A stretch of DNA of 64,000 nucleotides from a bacterium (GTDB lineage: Bacteria > Patescibacteriota > Gracilibacteria > UBA1369 > PNNO01), in contig JAGGUZ010000005.1 in assembly GCA_021158225.1 (NCBI GenBank), positions 18,882-82,881 of the forward strand, read 5' to 3'. Below, in pieces: positions 56,429 to 64,000 of this stretch. The stretch's first letter is position 1. Each line of letters opens with the position of its first letter. Made by a program: the position numbers and the translations under genes. The notes under the pieces are model-generated. The model had not been told where the DNA came from. It saw only the letters and a program-made list of their open reading frames with translations, and searched no databases.

Positions 56429-56941
56429 ATGCCAAATATTATGGGATTTTTAGAACTTGTCTTTTATTCAATTGTTTTTTTTCTTCCGGCTTACGTTGCA
56501 AACGCAATGCCGGTAATCATAAGCGGACTAAAAATTTTCCCTTCTTTAGCAAAGCCAATTAATAAAAAGCTTTTTGGCAAAAATAAAACATATAGAGGCT
56601 TTATAACCGGAATTACAGGAGCAATGCTAATTTCTCCAATACAAAACTTACTTGGCTTCTCTTATGATAATTTGATTTTACTTGCTTTTTTACTTGGACT
56701 TGGAGCCTTACTTGGAGATTTAATAAAAAGCTTTATAAAAAGAAAAATCGGCAAAAAAAGCGGGCGGTCATGGCCAGTATTTGATCAAATTGATTATGTA
56801 ATAGGAGCTTTACTGTTTTCATCAATAATTTTTCCTCAAAGCCTTTCTGTAATTATTGTTTTGATAGTAATTTCTCCGCTATTTTCTATCCTCGCAAATA
56901 TTATCGCTTACAATCTGAAAATTAAAAAAGTTTGGTGGTGA
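56429..56941 (+). CDS. CDP-archaeol synthase (CarS)-like cytidylyltransferase membrane protein
   Basis: 170 aa. LPAYVANAMPVI, GKNKTYRGF and GDLIKSFIKRKIGKKSGRSWPVFDQIDYV match the motifs I recall from archaeal CarS (PAYVANG.., GDGKTWRG, GDLxxSFIKRR...P.lDQ). Confidence 0.7.
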   Translation: MPNIMGFLELVFYSIVFFLPAYVANAMPVIISGLKIFPSLAKPINKKLFGKNKTYRGFITGITGAMLISPIQNLLGFSYDNLILLAFLLGLGALLGDLIKSFIKRKIGKKSGRSWPVFDQIDYVIGALLFSSIIFPQSLSVIIVLIVISPLFSILANIIAYNLKIKKVWW

Positions 56942-57541
56942 TTATTTTTTAAGTTCTGTTTCAATTATTTTCTTTAAATTTTCATATGGCTGAACTCCAA
57001 GTAGTTTCACATCATTAATAAAGATTGTTGGAGTTGCTGTAACACCTTTTTCTTTTCCTTTCTTTCTGTTGCGAAGAATTAAATTTTTATATTTATCGCT
57101 ATCCATACACGCATCAAAAGTTTTAACATTCAAACCATAACCTTCCACCAATTTACTAAAATATTCTCTGGAAATTTTATCTTGATTTGAAAACAAATCC
57201 ACATGCATCTTCCAAAACGCATTCTCATCTTGATCACCGGCACAATATGTCGCTTCACTGGCTTTCTGAGCAAATTGATGATTTGAAATAGGAAAATCTT
57301 TAAACACCAATTGAACCTTCCCGGTTTCTATATAATCATTTTGCAATAAAGGTAAAGTTTGCAGTGTAAACATTGCAGAAAAAGGACATTGGTAATCGCT
57401 ATACTCCGTTATTACCACTTTTGCGTTGGCATTACCCTTCGAGTAAGTAACATCTGTATCTGGAGAAACATTGACATTTGCATCTGAACACCCAACCAAT
57501 ACAAAAAATATCACCGCAAATAGTGGAAATAATCTTTTCAT
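56942..57541 (-). CDS. DsbA-family thioredoxin-fold lipoprotein with a CPFS (CxxS) active site
   Basis: Lipobox LVGCSD and VVITEYSDYQCPFSAMF. The codon at the second active-site position is TCT (Ser), read directly. Confidence 0.8.
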   Translation of the reverse strand: MKRLFPLFAVIFFVLVGCSDANVNVSPDTDVTYSKGNANAKVVITEYSDYQCPFSAMFTLQTLPLLQNDYIETGKVQLVFKDFPISNHQFAQKASEATYCAGDQDENAFWKMHVDLFSNQDKISREYFSKLVEGYGLNVKTFDACMDSDKYKNLILRNRKKGKEKGVTATPTIFINDVKLLGVQPYENLKKIIETELKK

Positions 57542-57583
57542 ATTAAGAATGTTAATATTAACATTTTGTATTATGCTCTAAAA

Positions 57584-58732
57584 TCACTCTCTTATCAATG
57601 TTGATATTGATTGCTTGATATTCAAATAATCACCTGCTTTCGGAAGCAGTATATATTGACCTCTGGAATTTTTAGTAGAATAAAGAAAATTACTCGTACT
57701 AATAACATTCCCGCTTTCTATAGCGTAGTTTTGATAGTTCTTCAAATAAGAAAGGGCTTCAAAAACATCTATATTCGTCTTAACATCTCTTGCTATTGTT
57801 TTATATATTTCAATCGCTTTATCTATGGAAGAAAGCAAATCGAGCATTTTAACTTTAACTCGCACCGCCTGAATAACTTGATGCTGACGTTTACTCCTGT
57901 CAAAATCATTCGTGGTTTTTCTACTTCGCACATACATTAACGCATCATTCCCATTCATATGATGAGATCCTTTTTTAATTGAATATTCTTTATATCCGTT
58001 CTCAGCAGTCGGAAAATACGGATCAACAATATTTTTATAAACATAGAGATCTATCCCACCAAGAATATCAATAACCTTTTTAAAAGATTCCAAACTAATA
58101 ATTATATATTTATCAATTCGAACTCCGGATATTCTTGTAATATCTTGCTTGAATTTTCTTATTCCATAAGCGCTATATATTTCATTTATTTTTCTTCCAT
58201 TAACATAAAGATCTCTTGGAATGCTCACAAGCGTAATCGTTTTTTTTGAAGGATTCACAACTGCAAGAACAATCGTATCCGTAAGATTTTGATTTGTACC
58301 CAAGATCAAAATTGTAAATATGTCCTCTGGATAATTTTGTAAACCAATCTCTTTTGCTAATCTGTCATTTTTTATGACAGCAGCTTTTAAATCATCTTTT
58401 GCCTTAGCAAAACGATCTGATAAAACAGCTATTTCTTTCTCACCTTTGCTTGAGAACTCTTCAAACGAATTATGAAGAATTTTAAAACTTTCCGTTACAG
58501 CATTCCTGTTTAAAAGTAAATTTTGATATAGATATTGATTTTCTTGTTTAATTTGTCCGATCTCATCTATCATTGAGTTTATTTGCATATCCTTCATTAA
58601 AATATCGCGATTAATACCTTTCATTCCAAGTGCAAATCCAATAGTCCCGATTACAACAGAAACAATAATCCCAAATAGAAGAATTCTATTATTCCTTATT
58701 TTTTCATCATGTTTTTCCGATAGATTATTCAT
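57584..58732 (-). CDS. LytR-CpsA-Psr (LCP) family cell-wall polymer ligase
   Basis: TM helix and coiled coil, then ILILGTNQNLTDTIVLAVVNPSKKTITLVSIPRDLYV. Its start overlaps the upstream ATPase gene by 8 nt. Confidence 0.85.
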   Translation of the reverse strand: MNNLSEKHDEKIRNNRILLFGIIVSVVIGTIGFALGMKGINRDILMKDMQINSMIDEIGQIKQENQYLYQNLLLNRNAVTESFKILHNSFEEFSSKGEKEIAVLSDRFAKAKDDLKAAVIKNDRLAKEIGLQNYPEDIFTILILGTNQNLTDTIVLAVVNPSKKTITLVSIPRDLYVNGRKINEIYSAYGIRKFKQDITRISGVRIDKYIIISLESFKKVIDILGGIDLYVYKNIVDPYFPTAENGYKEYSIKKGSHHMNGNDALMYVRSRKTTNDFDRSKRQHQVIQAVRVKVKMLDLLSSIDKAIEIYKTIARDVKTNIDVFEALSYLKNYQNYAIESGNVISTSNFLYSTKNSRGQYILLPKAGDYLNIKQSISTLIRE

Positions 58733-61250
58733 CTGAATTTAAATCAATACCAATACGAGTAGCTATTTCTTGATCTACAAACTCCTTTTTTCTCCCGTAT
58801 TTCATTCGTGAATATTCTTTAACAATTTCAGCTACTTTCTTATTTGATTTTGAAGTATCCCAGATTGTTTCAAGAGAAAAAGGTCTGGAAGTTGTATTAT
58901 TAATGTTTAGCTTAATATAAGCTTTGTAATTTGCTATACCAAGAACATCCGCCCGGGTTAGTACGGGAGCATACTCCTTTGACATATATTCAGCATCATC
59001 CGCACCAACTTTAAATGACATCATTGTTCCCACATTACCAAATACGGCATCGCGAACTGAAGTATCTTGCTTTTTTTCAAGCTGCTTTATGTATTGATGC
59101 GCCATAATGAGTGCAAGGCGATACTTACGAGCTTCTGACAATATGGAACAAAAACTGTCAGTAGCAAAATTTTGGAACTCATCCACATAAAGATAAAAAT
59201 CTTTACGCTGATCCTCGGGCATATCCGCCCTACTCATAGCTGCCATTTGTATACGAGCAACAACTATAAGCCCAAGAAGCTGTGTATTTAAATCCCCGAT
59301 TTTACCTTTTGAAAGATTAATAAGAAGTATTTTTTGACTATCCATGACTTCCCTAAAATTAAACGCGGATTTGGTTTGTCCGATAGTATTACGCATAATC
59401 GAATTTGTAATAAACGGTCCGAATTTAGATGAGAAATATGGAATCATTTCTTGTCTTTCCCTCTCACCCGTATGCGCATATTCCTGTTCCCAAAATGCTT
59501 TTACAACAGGATTCCTAACTTTTGAGACTTTGTATTTCATGAAATCATCATCAACAAATATTCTTGGAACATCTATTAAAGTTGCTCCCTCCTCTTTATC
59601 TTCCATTAAAGTTAAGCAGGCATTTCTAAAATAATGTTGAATTCGAGGGCCGAAAATTTCATCACCAAATAATTTAATAAAAATTTCAGTAGCTTGACTT
59701 GAAGCAAGATCTTGCTCTTCCGGTGTTTTTACTTCCAAAATATTAAGTCCCATCGGCCTTTCTTGATCAGCCGGATTAAACACAATCACATCTTTAGCGC
59801 GTTCTTTTGGAACATAAGTTAAAAGATCCTCAATAAGATCCCCATGCGGATCAACCACGCAAACACCATCACCATTCCACATATCTTGTCTTACCATAAA
59901 ACTTATCAATGCTGATTTACCTGCACCCGATTTACCAATTATATATTGATGCCTTGTCCTATCTCCTCTCATTATTCTTACTTTACGCCTTACCCCACGA
60001 TACACATTGTCTCCAAGGTAAACACCTTCTTCCGGCAAATCCACCGGAGCCGGAACAATCTTGTATTTAAGCCATTTAATAATCGGAGTATAGTTGTATC
60101 TGCTATTTGGAAAGTGATATATACCGGAAAGCTCCTGTGGAACCAAAATAGATGATTTCTCATGTATAAGCGGAATAAGCCTAAAAGCTTGGAGCCTGTT
60201 CTTAAAAGTATGAAAAAGAAGTTTATCGTTAATAGAATCTATTATTATCATTCTTCTTGTCTGAAACCAGTTTGAAGCCGCGTTCTTAAACAAATTAAGA
60301 GCAAGAATCATATTCATAGCAATTTTAAAAGCCTGCGTCTCTGTTTTTGAGGTAGCCACTATACGAATAATTGTATCAAATCCAACCTGATTCGATTTTT
60401 CACCTATTCCTTTTGCAACTTCTTCTTTTGTTTGAAGCATACGAACATACTGACTTCCTTCCGGAGCTCCGGTATTCATATCTTTTTTAATTTTGTCATA
60501 TCCGAATAATAATCCTTGAAAAGCGGTAAAAATCCATCCGAGTATTGGAATTTTAATAAAACCGTTTTTCCCTCCTTTTCCAAGAAACAAATTTGTTCCG
60601 ACATGTTCGGCTTTTTTACGCCATTTATCTGAACGTGGACTTATAACAAGCTGAAAAACCGCTTTATCATCTTCTCCCAATTTGGAAAGCACATTTGTTA
60701 AATCGTTAAGAGGATCGTTTTCAATTTTTCTATATGTCTTAATCGGATATGCACTGTTTTTTGCCAAATATGCATAGTGACTTCTTAATTTATGACCTTT
60801 AGGTAATATGTCATAAGCTTGAGTATATTGAATATCCGCATCCGGATAATATGAAGTAATTTGTTTTTCGATAAGATCTTGAAAACGCTTGTATGTAACC
60901 ACATAAAACATAACCTCTTTATTCATTACTACAAGTTCAAAAGAAACCATGTCAAGATTTAAAATAAGATTCCTTATTCTATTCCCTATTGTTAGCTCAC
61001 GAATTTCACTTAGATTCCTGTAAAGCTGTTCCATTATCCCAATTTTTTCTTTAAAATCTTTCTCCGTAGCTTTTTCTTTATCTTGCTGAGTATCTGTCCG
61101 AGGAAGAGTAATTCTCATATAAACAAGGTGTTTTGCTTCTCTTAAAGCCATTAGGTATCTGAAAACAACAACAAAATACTTAAAACCAAAAATAACCGCC
61201 AAAATTAGAACAGTCCACCAGAAAATATTATTTATAATTTCACCCCACAT
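58725..61250 (-). CDS. VirD4/TraD/TraG-like (type IV coupling protein-like) membrane-anchored P-loop ATPase
   Basis: 841 aa with an N-terminal TM helix and a ~400-aa unknown domain. Walker A is IIGKSGAGKSALI followed by CVVDPHGDL. Walker B is FYLYVDEFQNF. ARKYRLALIMAHQYIKQL is also present. Confidence 0.7.
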   Translation of the reverse strand: MWGEIINNIFWWTVLILAVIFGFKYFVVVFRYLMALREAKHLVYMRITLPRTDTQQDKEKATEKDFKEKIGIMEQLYRNLSEIRELTIGNRIRNLILNLDMVSFELVVMNKEVMFYVVTYKRFQDLIEKQITSYYPDADIQYTQAYDILPKGHKLRSHYAYLAKNSAYPIKTYRKIENDPLNDLTNVLSKLGEDDKAVFQLVISPRSDKWRKKAEHVGTNLFLGKGGKNGFIKIPILGWIFTAFQGLLFGYDKIKKDMNTGAPEGSQYVRMLQTKEEVAKGIGEKSNQVGFDTIIRIVATSKTETQAFKIAMNMILALNLFKNAASNWFQTRRMIIIDSINDKLLFHTFKNRLQAFRLIPLIHEKSSILVPQELSGIYHFPNSRYNYTPIIKWLKYKIVPAPVDLPEEGVYLGDNVYRGVRRKVRIMRGDRTRHQYIIGKSGAGKSALISFMVRQDMWNGDGVCVVDPHGDLIEDLLTYVPKERAKDVIVFNPADQERPMGLNILEVKTPEEQDLASSQATEIFIKLFGDEIFGPRIQHYFRNACLTLMEDKEEGATLIDVPRIFVDDDFMKYKVSKVRNPVVKAFWEQEYAHTGERERQEMIPYFSSKFGPFITNSIMRNTIGQTKSAFNFREVMDSQKILLINLSKGKIGDLNTQLLGLIVVARIQMAAMSRADMPEDQRKDFYLYVDEFQNFATDSFCSILSEARKYRLALIMAHQYIKQLEKKQDTSVRDAVFGNVGTMMSFKVGADDAEYMSKEYAPVLTRADVLGIANYKAYIKLNINNTTSRPFSLETIWDTSKSNKKVAEIVKEYSRMKYGRKKEFVDQEIATRIGIDLNSDE

Positions 61251-61436
61251 ATGTATTTTTGTTTATTTTCTATATATTTTAGCACAAATAAGCCAAATTT
61301 ACAATACTAGAGCTTGCCAAAAATTGGAGTTTTGTTGTCGATAAACCTAAACCTAAAGTTCGTTAAGATACAACCTTAACTTATTTTTATATATTAGATA
61401 AACATTTTGCACTTCAAGAAGCCGTTTTTATTTAAA

Positions 61437-61456
61437 TTTCTACCCTGTGGCAGAAA
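61437..61456 (-). terminator. weak candidate terminator hairpin after glyQS
   Basis: The minus-strand RNA UUUCUGCC-acag-GGUAGAAA forms an 8-bp stem with one G-U pair. It is followed by UUUAAAUAAAAA, a poor U-tract. It lies 42 nt downstream of the glyQS stop. Confidence 0.3.
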
Positions 61457-61497
61457 CATGCTAAACACCCTCCCACTTAATTTTTCTATAGAAAAAT

Positions 61498-62901
61498 TTA
61501 CCTGATTATTTTTTCCATTAAATAATCCCCCAATTCATCAATCTTCACTCTTTCTTGTTTTGCCGAATCTCTATCACGCACTGTAACAGCATTATCCTCT
61601 AAAGAGTCATAGTCTATGGTAAGCGCAAAAGGAGTCCCTATCTCATCTTGCCGTCTATATCTTTTCCCAATACTTCCAGTTATATCAAAATCCAATGCGA
61701 AATCGTTTTTTAAGAGATCGAATATTTCCTCCGATTTTTTAAGCAATTCCGGTTTTTTCATAAGTGGCAATACAGCAACCTTAAACGGAGCAACATTTGG
61801 TTTCAATTTAAGCACTACTCTGGTTTCTTTGTTGCCTTTCGCATCTTCTATCTCCTCTTCGTTATAAGCGTTAAAAAGAACCATCAAAAGCGTTCTGCTA
61901 AGTCCAAATGTAGGTTCAATGACATGTGGAATAAATTTCTCTCCGCTTTCTTGATCAAAATATGTCATATCTTGCCCACTATTTTCCTGATGATTTTTTA
62001 GATCAAAATCTGTTCTGTAAGCAAGGCCGTAAAGCTCTTTCCATCCAAAAGGTGTGTTATATTCAATATCAACTGTTCTTTTTGAGTAATGAGAAAGCTC
62101 ATTTTTGGTATGCTCTCTAACACGAGTGTTCTCCTTATCTATCCCAACAATACCAAGCCATTTATGCATTTCTTCAAGCCAATAGTCGAATTTTTCTTTC
62201 CACATATCTTCCTTAATAAAATATTCAAATTCCATTAAATCAAATTCAAGTGTTCTAAAAATAAAATTCCCCGGAGTTATTTCGTTTCTAAAAGCTTTCC
62301 CGGCAGATGCAATTCCAAAAGGAAGCTTTTTTCTTGTTGTATTAAGTACATTTTTAAAATTTACAAACATTCCTTGCGCTATCTCCCCTCTTAAATATAC
62401 CGGCTCCGTATTCTCCGAAGTAGGACCTATATGTGTCTCGAACAAAAGATTAAAAGTTCTTACATCTGTAAAATCAGTTGCTCCGCAATTTGGACATTTA
62501 ATATTGTTTTCCTTTATTATTTTTGTTAAATCCTCCGGACTTAGCCCCTCAACTTTTACATTTTCAAGAGCATCTTCAATAAGATGATCCGCCCTATATC
62601 TTTTCTTACACGCTTTACAGTCAATTTGTGTGTCGTTAAAATTATCAACATGCCCAGAAGCTTGCCAGACTTTCGGATTCATAAATATTGCGGCATCAAT
62701 TCCAACTACATCCCTTCTACTATGAACAAAAAACTTCCACCAAGCTTGCAAAATATTATTTCTAAGCTCAACACCAAGAGGACCTAAATCCCAAGTATTG
62801 GCAAGTCCACCATAAATTTCCGATCCTTGAAACACAAAACCTCTCCTTTTACATAGAGAAACAACTTTTTCCATTAAATCAGGATTATTCTCATTATTCA
62901 T
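61498..62901 (-). CDS. glyQS: glycine--tRNA ligase (dimeric class II type)
   Basis: 467 aa with KRRGFVFQGSEIYGGLANTWDLGPLG and class II motifs. The anticodon-binding C-terminal domain is present. Confidence 0.95.
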   Translation of the reverse strand: MNNENNPDLMEKVVSLCKRRGFVFQGSEIYGGLANTWDLGPLGVELRNNILQAWWKFFVHSRRDVVGIDAAIFMNPKVWQASGHVDNFNDTQIDCKACKKRYRADHLIEDALENVKVEGLSPEDLTKIIKENNIKCPNCGATDFTDVRTFNLLFETHIGPTSENTEPVYLRGEIAQGMFVNFKNVLNTTRKKLPFGIASAGKAFRNEITPGNFIFRTLEFDLMEFEYFIKEDMWKEKFDYWLEEMHKWLGIVGIDKENTRVREHTKNELSHYSKRTVDIEYNTPFGWKELYGLAYRTDFDLKNHQENSGQDMTYFDQESGEKFIPHVIEPTFGLSRTLLMVLFNAYNEEEIEDAKGNKETRVVLKLKPNVAPFKVAVLPLMKKPELLKKSEEIFDLLKNDFALDFDITGSIGKRYRRQDEIGTPFALTIDYDSLEDNAVTVRDRDSAKQERVKIDELGDYLMEKIIR

Positions 62902-62913
62902 AAATAAAGTTTT

Positions 62914-63351
62914 TTAAGATTCAATCATAAAAGTAACCGGTCCGTCGTTAATCAATTTCACTTCCATCATGGCTCCGAATTTTCCCGTCTTAACTTCTTT
63001 TATTTTCTCTTTACACTTATCTATAAAATATTCATAAAATTTGTTTGCCTTCTCCGGAGAAGCACTATCACCAAAATCGGGACGTCTCCCATTTTTTGTA
63101 CTTCCACATAAAGTAAATTGTGAAATAATCAATATTTGCCCATTTATATCTTTTAAAGATAAATCCATCGGTTTACTTTCCGAAGCAAAAATTCTTAATT
63201 CGGTAATTTTATTTACCAAGAAATCAGCATCTTTATATTCATCATTTTTACATATACCAAGAAACACCAATAAACCATTGTTTATTTTACCGATTGTCTC
63301 ACCGTTAATCGCAACCGATGAACTTTTAACTCTTTGAATTAGTGCTTTCAT
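62914..63351 (-). CDS. dtd: D-aminoacyl-tRNA deacylase
   Basis: MKALIQRVKSSSV..., LIISQFTL and NDGPVTF motifs. Confidence 0.95.
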   Translation of the reverse strand: MKALIQRVKSSSVAINGETIGKINNGLLVFLGICKNDEYKDADFLVNKITELRIFASESKPMDLSLKDINGQILIISQFTLCGSTKNGRRPDFGDSASPEKANKFYEYFIDKCKEKIKEVKTGKFGAMMEVKLINDGPVTFMIES

Positions 63352-63595
63352 TCTTCTTGTTTTTTAAGTCTAGTACGGCATTTGAAAGAATTTTTAAAAA
63401 ACTTTCAGCCGTATCGTGGCTTACATTAACACGACTTGTAACTTTAATGGTAGTTGGTTTTACATTTGGAAGTATGTATCCAAAATCGAATACCATTTCA
63501 TTTTTATTTACATGAACAGAAACAGCATTACTGTAAACTCCGGTTTCTTGAGTTTGGTCAAACTTTACTTGAATTTTCTTCTTTTCTTCTTCCAT
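63326..63595 (-). CDS. DUF3467-family small protein
   Basis: 89 aa. GVYSNAVSVHVNKNEMVFDFGYILPN is typical of DUF3467. It overlaps the dtd start by 26 nt. Confidence 0.65.
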   Translation of the reverse strand: MEEEKKKIQVKFDQTQETGVYSNAVSVHVNKNEMVFDFGYILPNVKPTTIKVTSRVNVSHDTAESFLKILSNAVLDLKNKKNESTNSKS

Positions 63596-63648
63596 AATAA
63601 ATGATTGTTAAAATTAGTTAGTTAGTAAGTTAAATTGATTATAGCAAT

Positions 63649-64000
63649 TTATTTCTTTCCCGCCAATTGTCCGCACGCTGCATTTATATCTTGCCCCAAA
63701 CTTACTCTAACTGTCACTTGAATATGGTTAGAAAGTAAAACATTTTTAAATTTGTTTATCTTCTTTTTATCAGATCCTTTAATATTTTTAATAGATGTTT
63801 CGTTATACGGAATAATATTAACAAGGCAAAGCATTCCTCTAAGCAAAGATGCAAGTTCATAAGCATTTTTTTCACTATCGTTAATACCCGCCAACATCAC
63901 ATATTCAAAAGTTATTCTTCTATGAGTAGTTTGGATATAGTCTTCACAGGTTTTCATCAATTGATCCAGCGGATATTTTTTTGATATCGGCATAATTTCA
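63649..64000 (-). CDS. rlmN: 23S rRNA/tRNA adenine-C2 methyltransferase RlmN, C-terminal part (gene runs off the window end)
   Basis: RITFEYVMLAGINDS...NIIPYN...ACGQL is the RlmN C-terminus with the conserved Cys. The reading frame stays open to position 64000. Confidence 0.9.
   Translation of the reverse strand, partial: EIMPISKKYPLDQLMKTCEDYIQTTHRRITFEYVMLAGINDSEKNAYELASLLRGMLCLVNIIPYNETSIKNIKGSDKKKINKFKNVLLSNHIQVTVRVSLGQDINAACGQLAGKK

Overview
The window is an AT-rich, very gene-dense 64-kb chromosomal segment. I count about 62 protein genes and 3 tRNAs. I saw no rRNA, CRISPR array, transposase or integrase. The standard bacterial code fits: TGA acts as a stop, for example in the pabA/pabB ATGA overlap at 14854-14857, and all housekeeping genes are full length.

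Gene content points to a reduced-genome Patescibacteria/CPR-type bacterium; this is inference, with no search run. Translation and repair housekeeping includes pgk, ssb, fmt, gatB, recG, tyrS, rluD, rplU, pth, obg, uvrC, der, rpsB, tsf, queA, cysS, glyQS, dtd and rlmN. There is a large cell-envelope set (GT2, GT4, TagA-like, LCP, O-antigen-ligase-like, murC, an SLH-anchored S-layer-type protein) and only a few small biosynthetic islands (ribH/ribE/ribBA, pabAB, chorismate mutase). Many convergent gene pairs overlap at their 3' ends.

Most notable:
1. 44419-48402 holds a two-gene module. An 803-aa protein fuses a RimK-related ATP-grasp ligase, a retropepsin-like domain and a DUF1704/MATCAP-like HExxxH metallopeptidase. 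It is co-transcribed with a secreted PKD-domain 7TM protein. This predicts a writer/eraser system for a peptide-tail modification with no known substrate.
2. A sigma-factor-less partner-switching set has two STAS proteins, one RsbW-like kinase and one TM-HAMP-PP2C phosphatase. It is split over two loci. One locus is translationally coupled to a 12-TM transporter-HEAT-repeat fusion, the other to a PrsW protease.
3. An archaeal-type CDP-archaeol-synthase-like gene lies next to a CDP-alcohol phosphatidyltransferase.
4. Isolated type IV secretion-like parts are present: a VirB2-like pilin and a VirD4/TraD-like ATPase that overlaps an LCP gene.
5. Smaller items: a bacterial Elp3, a UvrC with a large insertion and no HhH tail, and several unexplained non-coding elements.

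All family calls come from motif recognition by eye and need HMM or structure confirmation.
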